Assembly: GCA_965203555.1 (NCBI GenBank)
Contig: CBDBCY010000004.1
Coordinates: 2,048,001 to 2,112,000, forward strand
Reading direction: 5' to 3'
Source: Acidimicrobiia bacterium
GTDB lineage: Bacteria; Actinomycetota; Acidimicrobiia; Spongiisociales; ZC4RG35
DNA: 64,000 bases
How positions within the stretch are numbered: the stretch's first letter is position 1; each line of letters starts with the position of its first letter. A program made the position numbers and the translations under genes. Under the pieces are notes generated by a model that saw nothing but the letters and a program-made list of their open reading frames with translations, was not told the DNA's origin and did not search any database. Shown piece by piece: positions 10,457 to 20,142 of this stretch.

Positions 10457-10614
10457 TGGCCCCTAAAGGCCGATTAGGGCGCCGGGGAGGGCGAATTCAA
10501 CCCGGTCGGCGTGGAAAAAACCACCGTTGGCGCTCCGAAATTCCGCTCTGTGGGAATAGCATGAGGAGTGGCTAGTTGTCAAATCAGTGGACAACATTGT
10601 GGAAGGAGGTGGAA

Positions 10615-11934
10615 ATGGAAGGTTTAGATACCTATTTCCGAATCTCAGAGCGCGGTTCCTCGGTAGGCACCGAGGTCCGCGCGGGCATCACCACATTCCT
10701 GGTGATGGCCTATATATTGTTCGTAAACGCCTTGATTCTCGGCGACGCGGGTCTCGATCCTGCTGCCGTGGCAGCCGGGACGGCGCTGGTAGCCGCCATC
10801 ATGACGATCGCGATGGGGGTTTTCTCCAACTACCCGATCGCCATGGCGGCCGGTCTCGGGCTCAACGCAGTGGTGGCCTACAGCCTGACGGCCCAGGGCC
10901 TCTCGATAGAGGGAGCAATGGGCGTCATAGTTTGGGAGGGTGTCATAGTCACCGTCCTCGTCTTGTTTGGCCTGCGGGAAGCCGTGATGGCAGCTATACC
11001 GACCAGCCTCAAGTACTCGATCGGGGTGGGCATAGGCCTCTTCATCCTGTTCATCGGGTTGGTCAACGGCGGGCTGGTCCACGGAGAAGGGGGCACGATC
11101 GTAGAGTTCGTGTTTCCCACCGAAGCCGGTCAGGGGGTGACCTTGATCGGGGTACTGATCGGTGTGGTTCTGGTGGCGCGCAAGGTCAAGGGGGCGATGA
11201 TCATCACGATCGTGGCAACCACCGTCGTGGCCCTGATTGCAGGGGTTGCCAGCGTGCCGGACAGTATCGCGGCATCCGTGAGCCTCGAGACCCTCTGGGG
11301 CTTCGACCTCGGCAACTCGTTTGCGGAACTCGGCTTCCTGTCAGCGATCTTGGCAATCTTCACGCTGATGCTTGCCGACTTCTTCGATACGATGGGCACC
11401 GCCACTGCCATCGTCGAGCAGGCAGGATTGACCGATGAGGAAGGCAAGATCCCTCGTCTCAAAAGCCTCCTGCTGGTGGACTCGCTCGGCGCCGCGCTCG
11501 GCGGCGTGGCCGGAGTCAGCTCGAACACGAGCTACATCGAGAGCTCGGCGGGGGTGGCAGAAGGAGGAAAGACCGGTCTCACGTCCGTGGTCACGGGGAT
11601 ACTCTTCCTGATCGCCATTGTCCTGTCGCCGCTGGCCGGGATCGTCCCGGCACAGGCGACTGCACCGGTGCTGATCCTCATCGGGTTCCTCATGGTCGGG
11701 TTGCTCAAGCACATCGACTTTACGGACATGGAAGAAGGATTGCCGGCGCTGCTGGCCATCATTCTCATGCCCTTGACGTACTCGATCACAGTCGGGATAG
11801 CGGCCGGGTTTGTGACGCACACGCTGATCAAGGTGGTGAGGGGCAAGTCGAGCGAGATTCACGTTTTGATGTGGATAGTCTCGATTGCCAGCCTGGTCTA
11901 CTTTGCCAGCGACTGGATCGAGCTGTTCATCTAG
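10615..11934 (+). CDS. NCS2/AzgA-family purine permease
   Basis: GITTFLVMAYILFVN, GLGLNA, DFFDTMGT, YIES..GV.EGG.TGLT, MPLTYSI; SD AGGAGG. Confidence 0.93.
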   Translation: MEGLDTYFRISERGSSVGTEVRAGITTFLVMAYILFVNALILGDAGLDPAAVAAGTALVAAIMTIAMGVFSNYPIAMAAGLGLNAVVAYSLTAQGLSIEGAMGVIVWEGVIVTVLVLFGLREAVMAAIPTSLKYSIGVGIGLFILFIGLVNGGLVHGEGGTIVEFVFPTEAGQGVTLIGVLIGVVLVARKVKGAMIITIVATTVVALIAGVASVPDSIAASVSLETLWGFDLGNSFAELGFLSAILAIFTLMLADFFDTMGTATAIVEQAGLTDEEGKIPRLKSLLLVDSLGAALGGVAGVSSNTSYIESSAGVAEGGKTGLTSVVTGILFLIAIVLSPLAGIVPAQATAPVLILIGFLMVGLLKHIDFTDMEEGLPALLAIILMPLTYSITVGIAAGFVTHTLIKVVRGKSSEIHVLMWIVSIASLVYFASDWIELFI

Positions 11935-11955
11935 CCCCGTCCGGTTAGTTATATG

Positions 11956-11987
11956 TACGAGAGAGCGCTTCCCGGCGCTCTCTCGTA
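11956..11987 (+). terminator. Hairpin (probable terminator/attenuator) after the permease
   Basis: 13-bp perfect stem TACGAGAGAGCGC / GCGCTCTCTCGTA followed by TTT. Confidence 0.65.
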
Positions 11988-12065
11988 TTTCACATGCCGT
12001 GTATCCACCAGTAGCTGTATACAACGTTCCGGCAAATAGCGGACCTGCCAAAGGAGAACCTGGGA

Positions 12066-13082
12066 ATGGATAGCTTCGTCCGGGGCCTTCCAAAGACCGA
12101 GTTGCACATTCACATCGAGGGGACGCTCGAGCCGGAGATGATGTTTGAGATGGGGGAGCGCAACGGTGTGGCGTTGCCTTTCGGGTCTGTCGAAGAGGTG
12201 AGAGCAGCCTACGAGTTCGACGATCTCCAGTCTTTCCTCGACATCTATTACCAAGCTGCCGAGGTACTGCAAACCGAGGATGACTTCGCCCGGTTGATGG
12301 CGGCCTACCTGAGAAAGGCGGCATCCGACGGGGTGCGGCATGCGGAGATCTTCTTCGACCCCCAGACGCACACCGAGCGCGGTATCGGCATCGGGACGGT
12401 TATTCGGGGATTGGCGCGTGGACAACAAGAAGTAGCGGATGTGTCCTCGACCCTGATCCTGTGTTTCCTGCGTCATCTGCCGCCTGAATCGGCTGTCGAG
12501 GTGTTCGAGCAAGCCCGACCGTTCCTCGATTACCTCCAGGGGGTAGGACTCGATTCGGGCGAGTTGGGCAATCCTCCCGAGTTGTTCGCCGAGGCCTACC
12601 GCCGCGCCGTCGAGGCAGGCTTGAGGCCGGTCGCCCACGCCGGCGAGGAGGGCCCGGCGGAATACATCTGGTCGGCTCTCGACGTATTAGGTGTGGAGCG
12701 GATCGACCACGGGGTGCGCGCCGGAGACGACCCGACCCTGGTGGACAGGTTGATTAGGGAGCAGATTCCCCTGACCGTGTGTCCCCTCTCGAACCAAAAG
12801 CTCCAGGTGTTTCCCGATCTTCGAGACCACAATCTCAAGGAGTTGATGGATGCCGGAGTGCTGGTCACCGTCAACTCCGACGATCCTTCCTACTTCGGTG
12901 GTTACGTCGGAGATAACTACCTCGGTATCGCATCGGCCCTGGATCTATCCCGTGACGATCTGATCCAGCTAGCCCGCAATTCGGTGACAGCCTCCTTCCT
13001 GCCCGAGGGTCGGAAAGAGGCTCTCCAGAGGGAGATCACCGACTACATCATCTCCTCTTGGCCTGGATCCACCCAAGGGTGA
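12066..13082 (+). CDS. add: Adenine/adenosine deaminase (ADA fold, adenine-deaminase type)
   Basis: [49 protein letters not shown]. Confidence 0.92.
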   Translation: MDSFVRGLPKTELHIHIEGTLEPEMMFEMGERNGVALPFGSVEEVRAAYEFDDLQSFLDIYYQAAEVLQTEDDFARLMAAYLRKAASDGVRHAEIFFDPQTHTERGIGIGTVIRGLARGQQEVADVSSTLILCFLRHLPPESAVEVFEQARPFLDYLQGVGLDSGELGNPPELFAEAYRRAVEAGLRPVAHAGEEGPAEYIWSALDVLGVERIDHGVRAGDDPTLVDRLIREQIPLTVCPLSNQKLQVFPDLRDHNLKELMDAGVLVTVNSDDPSYFGGYVGDNYLGIASALDLSRDDLIQLARNSVTASFLPEGRKEALQREITDYIISSWPGSTQG

Positions 13083-13393
13083 ACTTGTTACCCGACAGAG
13101 CAAGAACGTCGTCCGGGCTCGCTCCTTTTCTGACATGCTTGAACGGAGCCTGCGCCGCTACCAGAACAGGGCCAGGAAGGCGGGCCAGGTCTGAATCCTG
13201 GGCCGCGTGAACGCAAGTCGATCTACCTTTTCGTAAAGCTTCTGGTCGGAGACCCTCACCGGGAACTGCTTTGCAAAGGTATCGTGCTCCCCCGTCGCAT
13301 AACCGGACAACGCGTGGGTGCGTTTCTTTAGACACAGATGTGGTTGTGTACTACAATTCGGGTGAAGATGGCTGAACACGGGAGGTTGTCATA

Positions 13394-13669
13394 GTGAAAG
13401 CTGTTCAACGAACGGCGCTGCGGGAGGCAGGGTTTACCGAGGCTCAGACAAATGCCTTGGCCATAGCACTCGAGCCGTTTGCAACCAGGGAAGACCTGAG
13501 GAGCATGGTGGAAGAGTTGCGTCATGACGTGGAAGAGTTGCGTCATGACGTGGGGGTGTTGCGTCATGATATGGGAGTGTTGCGTAATGATTTGCGGTGG
13601 ATGAAGTGGGTAGGTGGCGCTATCGGCGTAGCGGTGCTGACCGAAATGGTCAGTAGCCTCTTTCTTTGA
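13394..13669 (+). CDS. Small coiled-coil protein with C-terminal TM anchor (DUF1640/CCDC90-like)
   Basis: LREAGF.E.Q..AL, AT+EDL, heptad repeats, hydrophobic tail after LRWMKW; SD GGAGG. Confidence 0.7.
   Translation: MKAVQRTALREAGFTEAQTNALAIALEPFATREDLRSMVEELRHDVEELRHDVGVLRHDMGVLRNDLRWMKWVGGAIGVAVLTEMVSSLFL
13508..13591 (+). repeat. Four 21-bp tandem repeats encoding heptads (VEELRHD)
   Basis: GTGGAAGAGTTGCGTCATGAC x2, then two diverged copies. Confidence 0.85.
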
Positions 13670-13845
13670 AGCAAAGTCGGTTTCGAATCTGTCTGCGCTG
13701 TTTCCGTGCGTCTAGTACGCGCTTCGGCAGTCCGCTTTCTGCCGGAAGAGCGACTCTGGCGAATACGGCCCGAATATGACTTACCCTTACATCATGACGT
13801 CCCCGGCGTGACAGGCCGGGTGGCATTACCCAAGAGAGGTGGACC

Positions 13846-14256
13846 ATGGAAGCTTTGTTGATTATCGGTCGGATTATGTTCTCGTTGATTTTCCTGGGGG
13901 CGGGGATAGGACACCTTGCTCAACCCGGCGCCACCGCCGGGTATGCGGCGTCGCGGGGAGTTCCTGCCGCCGGGTTGCTGGCCCGGGTCTCGGGTGTGCT
14001 CATCGCCGCAGGCGGTCTCGGGGTCATTTTGGGGGTGTGGATGGACCTGGCCGCGCTCGGACTGGCGGTGTACGTGTTGCTGGCCGCCTTCATGGTCCAT
14101 CACTTCTGGTCCGACGAAGAGCCGACCAAGACCGCCGAGATGTCGATGTTCATGAAGAACCTATCTATCTGTGGTGCCGGACTGATCCTCTTCGCCATGT
14201 CCGCGACCGGCGCCGACATGGGCTGGGAACTGGGAACACGCCTGTTCAATCTCTGA
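13846..14256 (+). CDS. DoxX-family membrane protein
   Basis: IGRI.F..IF..AG..H, H.FW, FMKN..I.GA.L. Confidence 0.85.
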   Translation: MEALLIIGRIMFSLIFLGAGIGHLAQPGATAGYAASRGVPAAGLLARVSGVLIAAGGLGVILGVWMDLAALGLAVYVLLAAFMVHHFWSDEEPTKTAEMSMFMKNLSICGAGLILFAMSATGADMGWELGTRLFNL

Positions 14257-14337
14257 GATACGCGTTCTTCGGACAGCGGTAGGAAGGATTGTCCGCCTAT
14301 TATCAGCCGGAGGAATCGAACACGGGAGGCGGCAAAA

Positions 14338-14572
14338 GTGAAAGCAGTCCAACGGACGGCCCTGCGGGAGGCGGGATTCGCCGAGCCTCAGATGAATGCG
14401 TTGGCCATGGCTCTAGAGCCGCTGGCAACCAAGGAAGACTTAAAGGGCGTCGTAGAGGTGATTCGCTATGACCTGGAAGCGATTCGTAATGACTTGCGAT
14501 GGATTAAAATGGGTAGGAGGAGCCGTCGGCATCGCGGTGCTGGCCGAACTGGTCGGCGGTCTCTTTTCTTAG
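14338..14572 (+). pseudogene. Frameshifted paralogue of the DUF1640-like gene at 13394
   Basis: Same N-terminus MKAVQRTALREAGF; an extra A in ATTAAAATGG (~14506-14509); removing it restores WVGGAVGIAVLAELVGGLFS* ending at TAG 14570-14572. Confidence 0.7.
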
Positions 14573-14646
14573 AGGGGTTCGGATCCCGAACGGCGGCTAA
14601 TAGGAAGCCGTGGGATCTTTGACCAGGCTCCTGTAGGATTCTGAAG

Positions 14647-15738
14647 GTGGGCACCAACCAATCCCCGCTAAAAGTTGCCGTAATCGGTGCCGGTTGGTGG
14701 GCGGTGGAGAACCACCTTCCCGTGCTGGCGTCCCGTCCCGACGTGGAAATCCGGGCTGTCTGTCGCAAGGGCGCTGCGGAAGTACAAGCGGTAGCAGAAC
14801 GGTTCGGCGCGCCGGTGGCGACCGAAGATCATGAACTCCTGCCCTGGGACGAGCTGGATGCGGTGGTGGTTTCATCGCCGCACAGCCTTCACCACGAGCA
14901 CACCATGGCCGCCCTGGACCAGGGACTGCATGTGATGTGCGAAAAGCCGCTGGCGATCACTGGCGCAGATGCCTTCGATATGGTTACTAGGGCGGACGAA
15001 CAGGGGTTGGTGTTACTTGTTCCGCACGGATGGCAGTTCTTTCCCCAGGCTGCGGTTGCCCGTCAATGGATCAAAGCAGGTCGCATCGGCCGTTTGGAGC
15101 ATGTCGTCGCCCAGATGGCGTCTCCCGCTCGGGGCCTTTTTTCCGGCGAAGAGGACTCTATCCCAGGCGCGGAGAGCCCACCCGAGCCATCCACCTGGGT
15201 GGGGAAGGAGGGCGGGTACGCCTACGGGCAACTGAGCCACCTCTACTCATTGGTGTTCTGGCTGACCGGCTTGGTTCCCACCGAGGTGATGGGGGCAGTC
15301 AGTCCCGGCCCGGCAGGAAGCGACATGTATGACGCCTTTCTGTCTACCACCCGCCAGGGTCCTCTCATCTCTGTGTCCGGAGGAGCGGGCGTGCCGACCT
15401 CCCAGCGGCATCACATGGAGGTGCGGGTATTCGGAACTGAAGGAGTGGTGATCGTGGACCTGGAGCGGGACCGCATAGAGGTGGTCCGTGAGGACGGAGA
15501 CGACTACTCCTTTCCCCTGATGAGAGGCGCGGCCATCTATCCGGGGACGCTACCGGTGCACGCCTTCTGCGATCTGGCGTTGGGCTACCTCGACGCCGTA
15601 AACCACGGCGATGCGGTTGCGTCCGCCCTTGGCATTGCGGTGATCGAAGCGGCTCTTCGCTCTGCCCGCACCCGCCGCTCGGAGCCGGTTTCTGCTGCGC
15701 TCAGTGCAGCAGAAGCAAAGGGGATAAGACTGGATTAG
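14647..15738 (+). CDS. Gfo/Idh/MocA-family oxidoreductase
   Basis: VAVIGAG, VVVSSP...H, HV.CEKP, GG...Q.SH. Confidence 0.9.
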   Translation: MGTNQSPLKVAVIGAGWWAVENHLPVLASRPDVEIRAVCRKGAAEVQAVAERFGAPVATEDHELLPWDELDAVVVSSPHSLHHEHTMAALDQGLHVMCEKPLAITGADAFDMVTRADEQGLVLLVPHGWQFFPQAAVARQWIKAGRIGRLEHVVAQMASPARGLFSGEEDSIPGAESPPEPSTWVGKEGGYAYGQLSHLYSLVFWLTGLVPTEVMGAVSPGPAGSDMYDAFLSTTRQGPLISVSGGAGVPTSQRHHMEVRVFGTEGVVIVDLERDRIEVVREDGDDYSFPLMRGAAIYPGTLPVHAFCDLALGYLDAVNHGDAVASALGIAVIEAALRSARTRRSEPVSAALSAAEAKGIRLD

Positions 15739-15939
15739 CTGGGCCACCCTGCGAATACTCCTCGGTTCACGTCAAACCAGGCAATAACGCACGGCGACTC
15801 TTCTCTTTAGGATCTACTTGCCCGCCGTCTGCCTCCACGGACAACGCCGAACAACCGGCCACACCTGGATTGGAAGACGCAGGATTCGCTGAAAAAAATC
15901 TGTCTCGACCCGGCGAGGCAATGATTCTCAACCTAGCAT

Positions 15940-15973
15940 GATCATTAAATGATCGGGTCATATGATGATCCGA
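15940..15973. promoter_or_regulatory. Tandem palindromic operator candidates
   Basis: GATCAT-TAA-ATGATC (15940-15954) and TCGGGTCAT-ATG-ATGATCCGA (15953-15973) in an AT-rich stretch upstream of the operon. Confidence 0.5.
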
Positions 15974-15997
15974 GTAGTGAAGAATAGAAGGTGTGCA

Positions 15998-16777
15998 ATG
16001 TCAATGGTTCTTCCTCCCGACGAACGCCCGCTCCTGGTCTGTCGCGTCGACTGTCCGCCCCCTCTCCAAGAGGAGCTTGACGGCTGGACTGCCTGGCACT
16101 TTGACGACTTCGGCCGTCACTACGCGGTGTTGGGGGCGTCCAGCTACAAGATCATTCGCGACTTTGATCCTGAGACAGGACTCCCCGCGGCATTTAACGC
16201 TTCCCAGGCCACCCGTTTCATTCCATACGTGGCCACCAATATTCCGGACATGCATGCTTGGATCGGAAGCGAGGTGGTAACAGGAGGGTTGGATGAGCCC
16301 ACCTTGGAACGCGAGTCGCAGTATCCGTCACTGGAGCAGGAGCCGTTCAACGGGACCATGATGACCATTTCCAAGGTGATTGGAGCCTTGGGCAGGGATC
16401 AAGTGGGAAGCGGCGGCTGTGTTGTCGAACGCTTTGAAGTTGGTCCCGAACATGAAGAGGAGTTTGACGAGTGGCTTGATGGTCCACATCTCGCCAGCTA
16501 CGCAGAACTGGACGGATGGGTGAGGATTCGCACCTTCCGGGGAGATCGGACAGCTGACTACGCCTTTCCCTGGAACCGTTACCTGGGTAAAGGAAATCGC
16601 ATGCTCTGGTGCGAGTTGAAGGCGGACGTGGACCCCAAAGAGTTTGTTCGACGTCCCGAATACAACGAGATTCTGAAGGACTCGCTGCGATGGGATTCGG
16701 TGCTGCCTTACATCACCCGCGAAGCTTGCGAGGAATTCATCGTTCGCGACCTGTCGCAAATCCCTTCGGCAGTCTGA
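15998..16777 (+). CDS. Hypothetical protein, EthD/DUF4286-like dimeric alpha-beta barrel (paralogue A)
   Basis: EEEFDEW....HL.......GW motif and a degenerate N-terminal copy; homologous to 20142-20867. Confidence 0.6.
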   Translation: MSMVLPPDERPLLVCRVDCPPPLQEELDGWTAWHFDDFGRHYAVLGASSYKIIRDFDPETGLPAAFNASQATRFIPYVATNIPDMHAWIGSEVVTGGLDEPTLERESQYPSLEQEPFNGTMMTISKVIGALGRDQVGSGGCVVERFEVGPEHEEEFDEWLDGPHLASYAELDGWVRIRTFRGDRTADYAFPWNRYLGKGNRMLWCELKADVDPKEFVRRPEYNEILKDSLRWDSVLPYITREACEEFIVRDLSQIPSAV

Positions 16778-16873
16778 CATTGGGGACACAGCTACCGACT
16801 AATGCCGGGTCATAATCACTGTCTCGTAGAACGGGGCAGTGCGAGAAACTGCTAAGGAAAGGAAGATCAAGCA

Positions 16874-18274
16874 ATGAGATTAAGCAAGGAAATGGAGATA
16901 ATCCGGCGGGCGAAGCAGGCCGGAATGTCCCGACGAGAGTTCATCCGGTTGGGCGGCACCGCGGCTGCCGCCGCGGCCTTCCTGGCGGCGTGTGGCGACG
17001 ACACCGTCGAAACCACGGCCGCTGCCACCACGACGGCTGCCCCCGCCACCACGGCGGCGCCGGCCACTACCGCCGCGCCAACCACCACGGCGGCGCCCGA
17101 CGCCGACGAGGTCGGCGGCGAGATCACCCTTTGGGCATGGGGCGCCGGCTTCGAAGGAGAGGTAATTCAACAGCGCATCGACTACTTCAACAGCAAGTAT
17201 CCGAATGTGCAGGTCAACTGGGAGCCGCTGGCTGCCAACGGTTACGAGGAGTACCCACAACTTCTGGCCCGGTTTGCCGCTGGAAATGCGCCGGATGTCA
17301 TGAGGATGCTCAACTTCCAGTTGACGCAGCTCACCGCTGAGGGTGAGGCGCTTCTCCAAGTGGACGACTACATCGCAAGGGACGCCGAAGAGTTGAATAT
17401 GGGCGACTTTATCCCCACCACTGTTGAAGGCGCCAAGGTCGACGGAAAGATGTACGGACTGCCCGATAACACTGAGCCGTATGTCATTTACTACAACCGG
17501 GACGCCTTTAACGCGGCAGGACTGGAAGATCCGCAGGTGCTCTTCCAAAACGGCGAGTGGAACGAGGAAGCGTTCACAAATTCCATCGATACGCTGGTGG
17601 ACAACGGGATGCGCTTCGGGGTGTCCTTCGAGTCTTGGAACTACGATACGTTCTGCTTCATGGGTGGAGGGACGATTCTCAACGAGAACCTGGAACCCAC
17701 CATCCATCAGGGCGCCAGTCCCCAGATGCTCGGCTATTTCGCCAAGCTCATCGAAGACGGCAAGTCTCCCAATCCCGTGGTGGCTGGAGGAGCTCACTTG
17801 GAGGCCTTCCGCAACCAGCAGACCGGCATGTACCTCATGGGTCCGTGGTGGTACGGAGCCCTGGCGGGCACCCTGGATTTCGACTACGACGTGACCGCCC
17901 TCCCGAGTTTCAACGGAGTGCGGGCCGGGAAACTCGAGTTGGGAACCATCTCGATTTCCTCCCAGTCGAAGAATCCCGAAGCTGCATGGGCTTTCACCAA
18001 GACCATCACCGATACCAGAGGACTGGAGATATGGAGCCAGGTTGCCACGCCGACTCGTCGGAGCGCCTTGGAGGCCGCCGGTTTCAACGACGTGCAGTGG
18101 AAGAAGGACGCGGTCGCCATGGTAGAGGCCGGGACGTGGACGCCGTTCACCACGCAGGGCTTCGCGGTCGACACCGCATGCGCCGCCGCATTGGACCTGT
18201 TGTGGGCCGGTGAAGCCACCGCCGAGGAAGCGACCCAGGATGCGGCGAACAGAATCACGGAAGCACTGGCGTAA
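16874..18274 (+). CDS. CUT1 sugar ABC substrate-binding lipoprotein, Tat-exported
   Basis: SRREFI twin-arginine motif, FLAAC lipobox, TTAAP linker, AGNAPDV, GKMYGLP, YYNRD.F, SKNPEAAW.F. Confidence 0.9.
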   Translation: MRLSKEMEIIRRAKQAGMSRREFIRLGGTAAAAAAFLAACGDDTVETTAAATTTAAPATTAAPATTAAPTTTAAPDADEVGGEITLWAWGAGFEGEVIQQRIDYFNSKYPNVQVNWEPLAANGYEEYPQLLARFAAGNAPDVMRMLNFQLTQLTAEGEALLQVDDYIARDAEELNMGDFIPTTVEGAKVDGKMYGLPDNTEPYVIYYNRDAFNAAGLEDPQVLFQNGEWNEEAFTNSIDTLVDNGMRFGVSFESWNYDTFCFMGGGTILNENLEPTIHQGASPQMLGYFAKLIEDGKSPNPVVAGGAHLEAFRNQQTGMYLMGPWWYGALAGTLDFDYDVTALPSFNGVRAGKLELGTISISSQSKNPEAAWAFTKTITDTRGLEIWSQVATPTRRSALEAAGFNDVQWKKDAVAMVEAGTWTPFTTQGFAVDTACAAALDLLWAGEATAEEATQDAANRITEALA

Positions 18275-18283
18275 CTAGCCTGG

Positions 18284-19252
18284 GTGACGACCATCACCAA
18301 CCTAAAAACTGTCAGAGCGAATGCGGGGGACCCGCTGGTCGAGTCTCCCGCATTCAAGAAGCCAAGGGTGCGATGGAGGCGTAAAAGCACCCTGATTGCG
18401 TATGCCTTTCTGGCGCCATGGATCGTTGGTCTGGCAGTGTTTTACCTGGGGCCGGTGGCAACCTCGGCCGTTCTGTCGTTTACCGATTACAACATCATCT
18501 CGCCGGCGGAGTTCACCGGCTTCGACAACTACGAGAAGATGATCACCGATGGGGAATTCGTGCAAGCCCTGAAAGTGACCCTCTATTACACGGCCTTCTT
18601 CTTGTTGATGTACGTTGTCCTCTCGCTGTTCGTGGCCATTCTGGCCAACCGGCCGGGACGGGGAACCGCCCTGTTCCGGTTGATCGTCTTCCTTCCGTCT
18701 CTGATCCCGTTGTTCGCGGCCGCCGTCCTGTGGGGGTGGATATTCAACACCGACTTCGGGCTGATCAACTACCTGTTGGAGCAGGTGGGCCTCCCCCGGC
18801 AGGGGTTTTTCCAGGATCCCCAGCAGGCATTGCCCCTGGTGGGAATGCTGACCTTCTGGTCGATCGGATCGGCCTTTCTGGTCTATCTATCAGGGTTGCA
18901 GTCGATCCCTGTACACCTCTATGAGGCGATCACTGTCGACGGGGCGTCAGGCATCCGTCGGTTCTGGCACATCACCCTCCCGATGCTCAGCCCGGTCATC
19001 TTGTTCAATCTCATCATCGGAATCGTGCTTTCGTTCCAGGTTTTCGACATCGCCTGGGTCCTGACTGACGGCGGCCCGGCCAATCGCACGCTCTTTTGGG
19101 TGCTGTTGATTTTCCGCCGGGCCTTCCAAGACTTCCAAATGGGATATGCGTCGGCGCTGTCGTGGGTCCTGTTCATCGTCGTCGCGGGCGTGACCGGACT
19201 GATCTTTCGCACGTCCCGGTGGTGGGTCCACTACGAGGGAAGGGCCCAGTGA
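18284..19252 (+). CDS. CUT1 sugar ABC permease (MalF/UgpA-like)
   Basis: SFTDY, GF.NY, LSGLQSIP..LYEA..VDGA...RFW.ITLPMLSP, MGYASA. Confidence 0.93.
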   Translation: MTTITNLKTVRANAGDPLVESPAFKKPRVRWRRKSTLIAYAFLAPWIVGLAVFYLGPVATSAVLSFTDYNIISPAEFTGFDNYEKMITDGEFVQALKVTLYYTAFFLLMYVVLSLFVAILANRPGRGTALFRLIVFLPSLIPLFAAAVLWGWIFNTDFGLINYLLEQVGLPRQGFFQDPQQALPLVGMLTFWSIGSAFLVYLSGLQSIPVHLYEAITVDGASGIRRFWHITLPMLSPVILFNLIIGIVLSFQVFDIAWVLTDGGPANRTLFWVLLIFRRAFQDFQMGYASALSWVLFIVVAGVTGLIFRTSRWWVHYEGRAQ

Positions 19253-20142
19253 CTGCCTCTGGAACGGCGCTTCGTCCGGTTCCCACCGGGAACCTGGCTC
19301 AACGTTTGCAGCGGCGGCGCAAGGCCCTGTGGTACCTGAGCATGGTGTTCATAGGTTTGGTCATGATCCTTCCCGTCTACTACATGATCTACCTGGCCTT
19401 CTCCGAACTCGGGAAGGAGTTCGTCTTCCCGCCCGGGTTCTTGCCGGACCCGATCAAATTCGAGAACGTGCTCAAGGCGCCGGAGGGTACGGCAACCCCT
19501 CTCTGGGGATACGCAAAGAACAGCCTCCTGTACGCGGGGCTGGGCACCCTGGGAGCGTTGGTTGCGGAGTCGATGGCAGGCTTTGCCCTGGCCCGGATGC
19601 GCTTTCCGGGCCGTAACGTCATTTTCGCCCTCACGGTGGGCATGCTGATCATGCCTTTCGTCGCCACCATCATCCCCAAGTTCCTGCTGTTCAGCAGAGT
19701 CGGGTTGGTGGACACCTACTGGGCACTGATCCTGCCCTGGTGGTTCGGAGGGTCGCCGTACGGGATATTCCTGATGCGCCAGTTCTTCCTGACCATTCCA
19801 CGGGAATTCGATGAAGCCGCACTGATCGACGGCGCCGGGCCGTGGAGAACCATGTGGCTGGTGCTCATGCCCCAGGCGGTTCCGGTGCTGGTGGCCCTGG
19901 GCATGCTGCACTTCGCCTACTTCTGGAATGACCTGCTGGGGCCACTGGTGTTCTGCCAGACACGGGCCTGCAAGACCCTGCCCCAGGGCATCCTGGCCAA
20001 CTACCAGGCGACCTGGGATCCGCAGTGGGCGATGTTCATGATGTCCACGGTGCTGATGGTGCTGCCGGTGGCGGTGGTGTTCATCCTGGCTCAACGGCGG
20101 TTCAAGCAGGGATTCTTGTTCTCGGGACTGGGGGGACGGTGA
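19249..20142 (+). CDS. CUT1 sugar ABC permease (MalG/UgpE-like)
   Basis: GFALAR.RFPG, IFLMRQFF..IP.E.DEAA.IDGA, WND; GTGA coupling. Confidence 0.93.
   Translation: MTASGTALRPVPTGNLAQRLQRRRKALWYLSMVFIGLVMILPVYYMIYLAFSELGKEFVFPPGFLPDPIKFENVLKAPEGTATPLWGYAKNSLLYAGLGTLGALVAESMAGFALARMRFPGRNVIFALTVGMLIMPFVATIIPKFLLFSRVGLVDTYWALILPWWFGGSPYGIFLMRQFFLTIPREFDEAALIDGAGPWRTMWLVLMPQAVPVLVALGMLHFAYFWNDLLGPLVFCQTRACKTLPQGILANYQATWDPQWAMFMMSTVLMVLPVAVVFILAQRRFKQGFLFSGLGGR

Noticed and set aside
13048-13379. Short minus-strand ORFs (95 aa and 73 aa) after the deaminase
   Set aside because: No recognisable motif or RBS; may be a decayed remnant but cannot be supported
13508-13591. Tandem repeats as a possible CRISPR array
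   Set aside because: No spacers, in-frame coding heptads, no cas genes
17010-17100. TTAAP repeats in the Tat-exported binding protein
   Set aside because: Ordinary low-complexity lipoprotein linker
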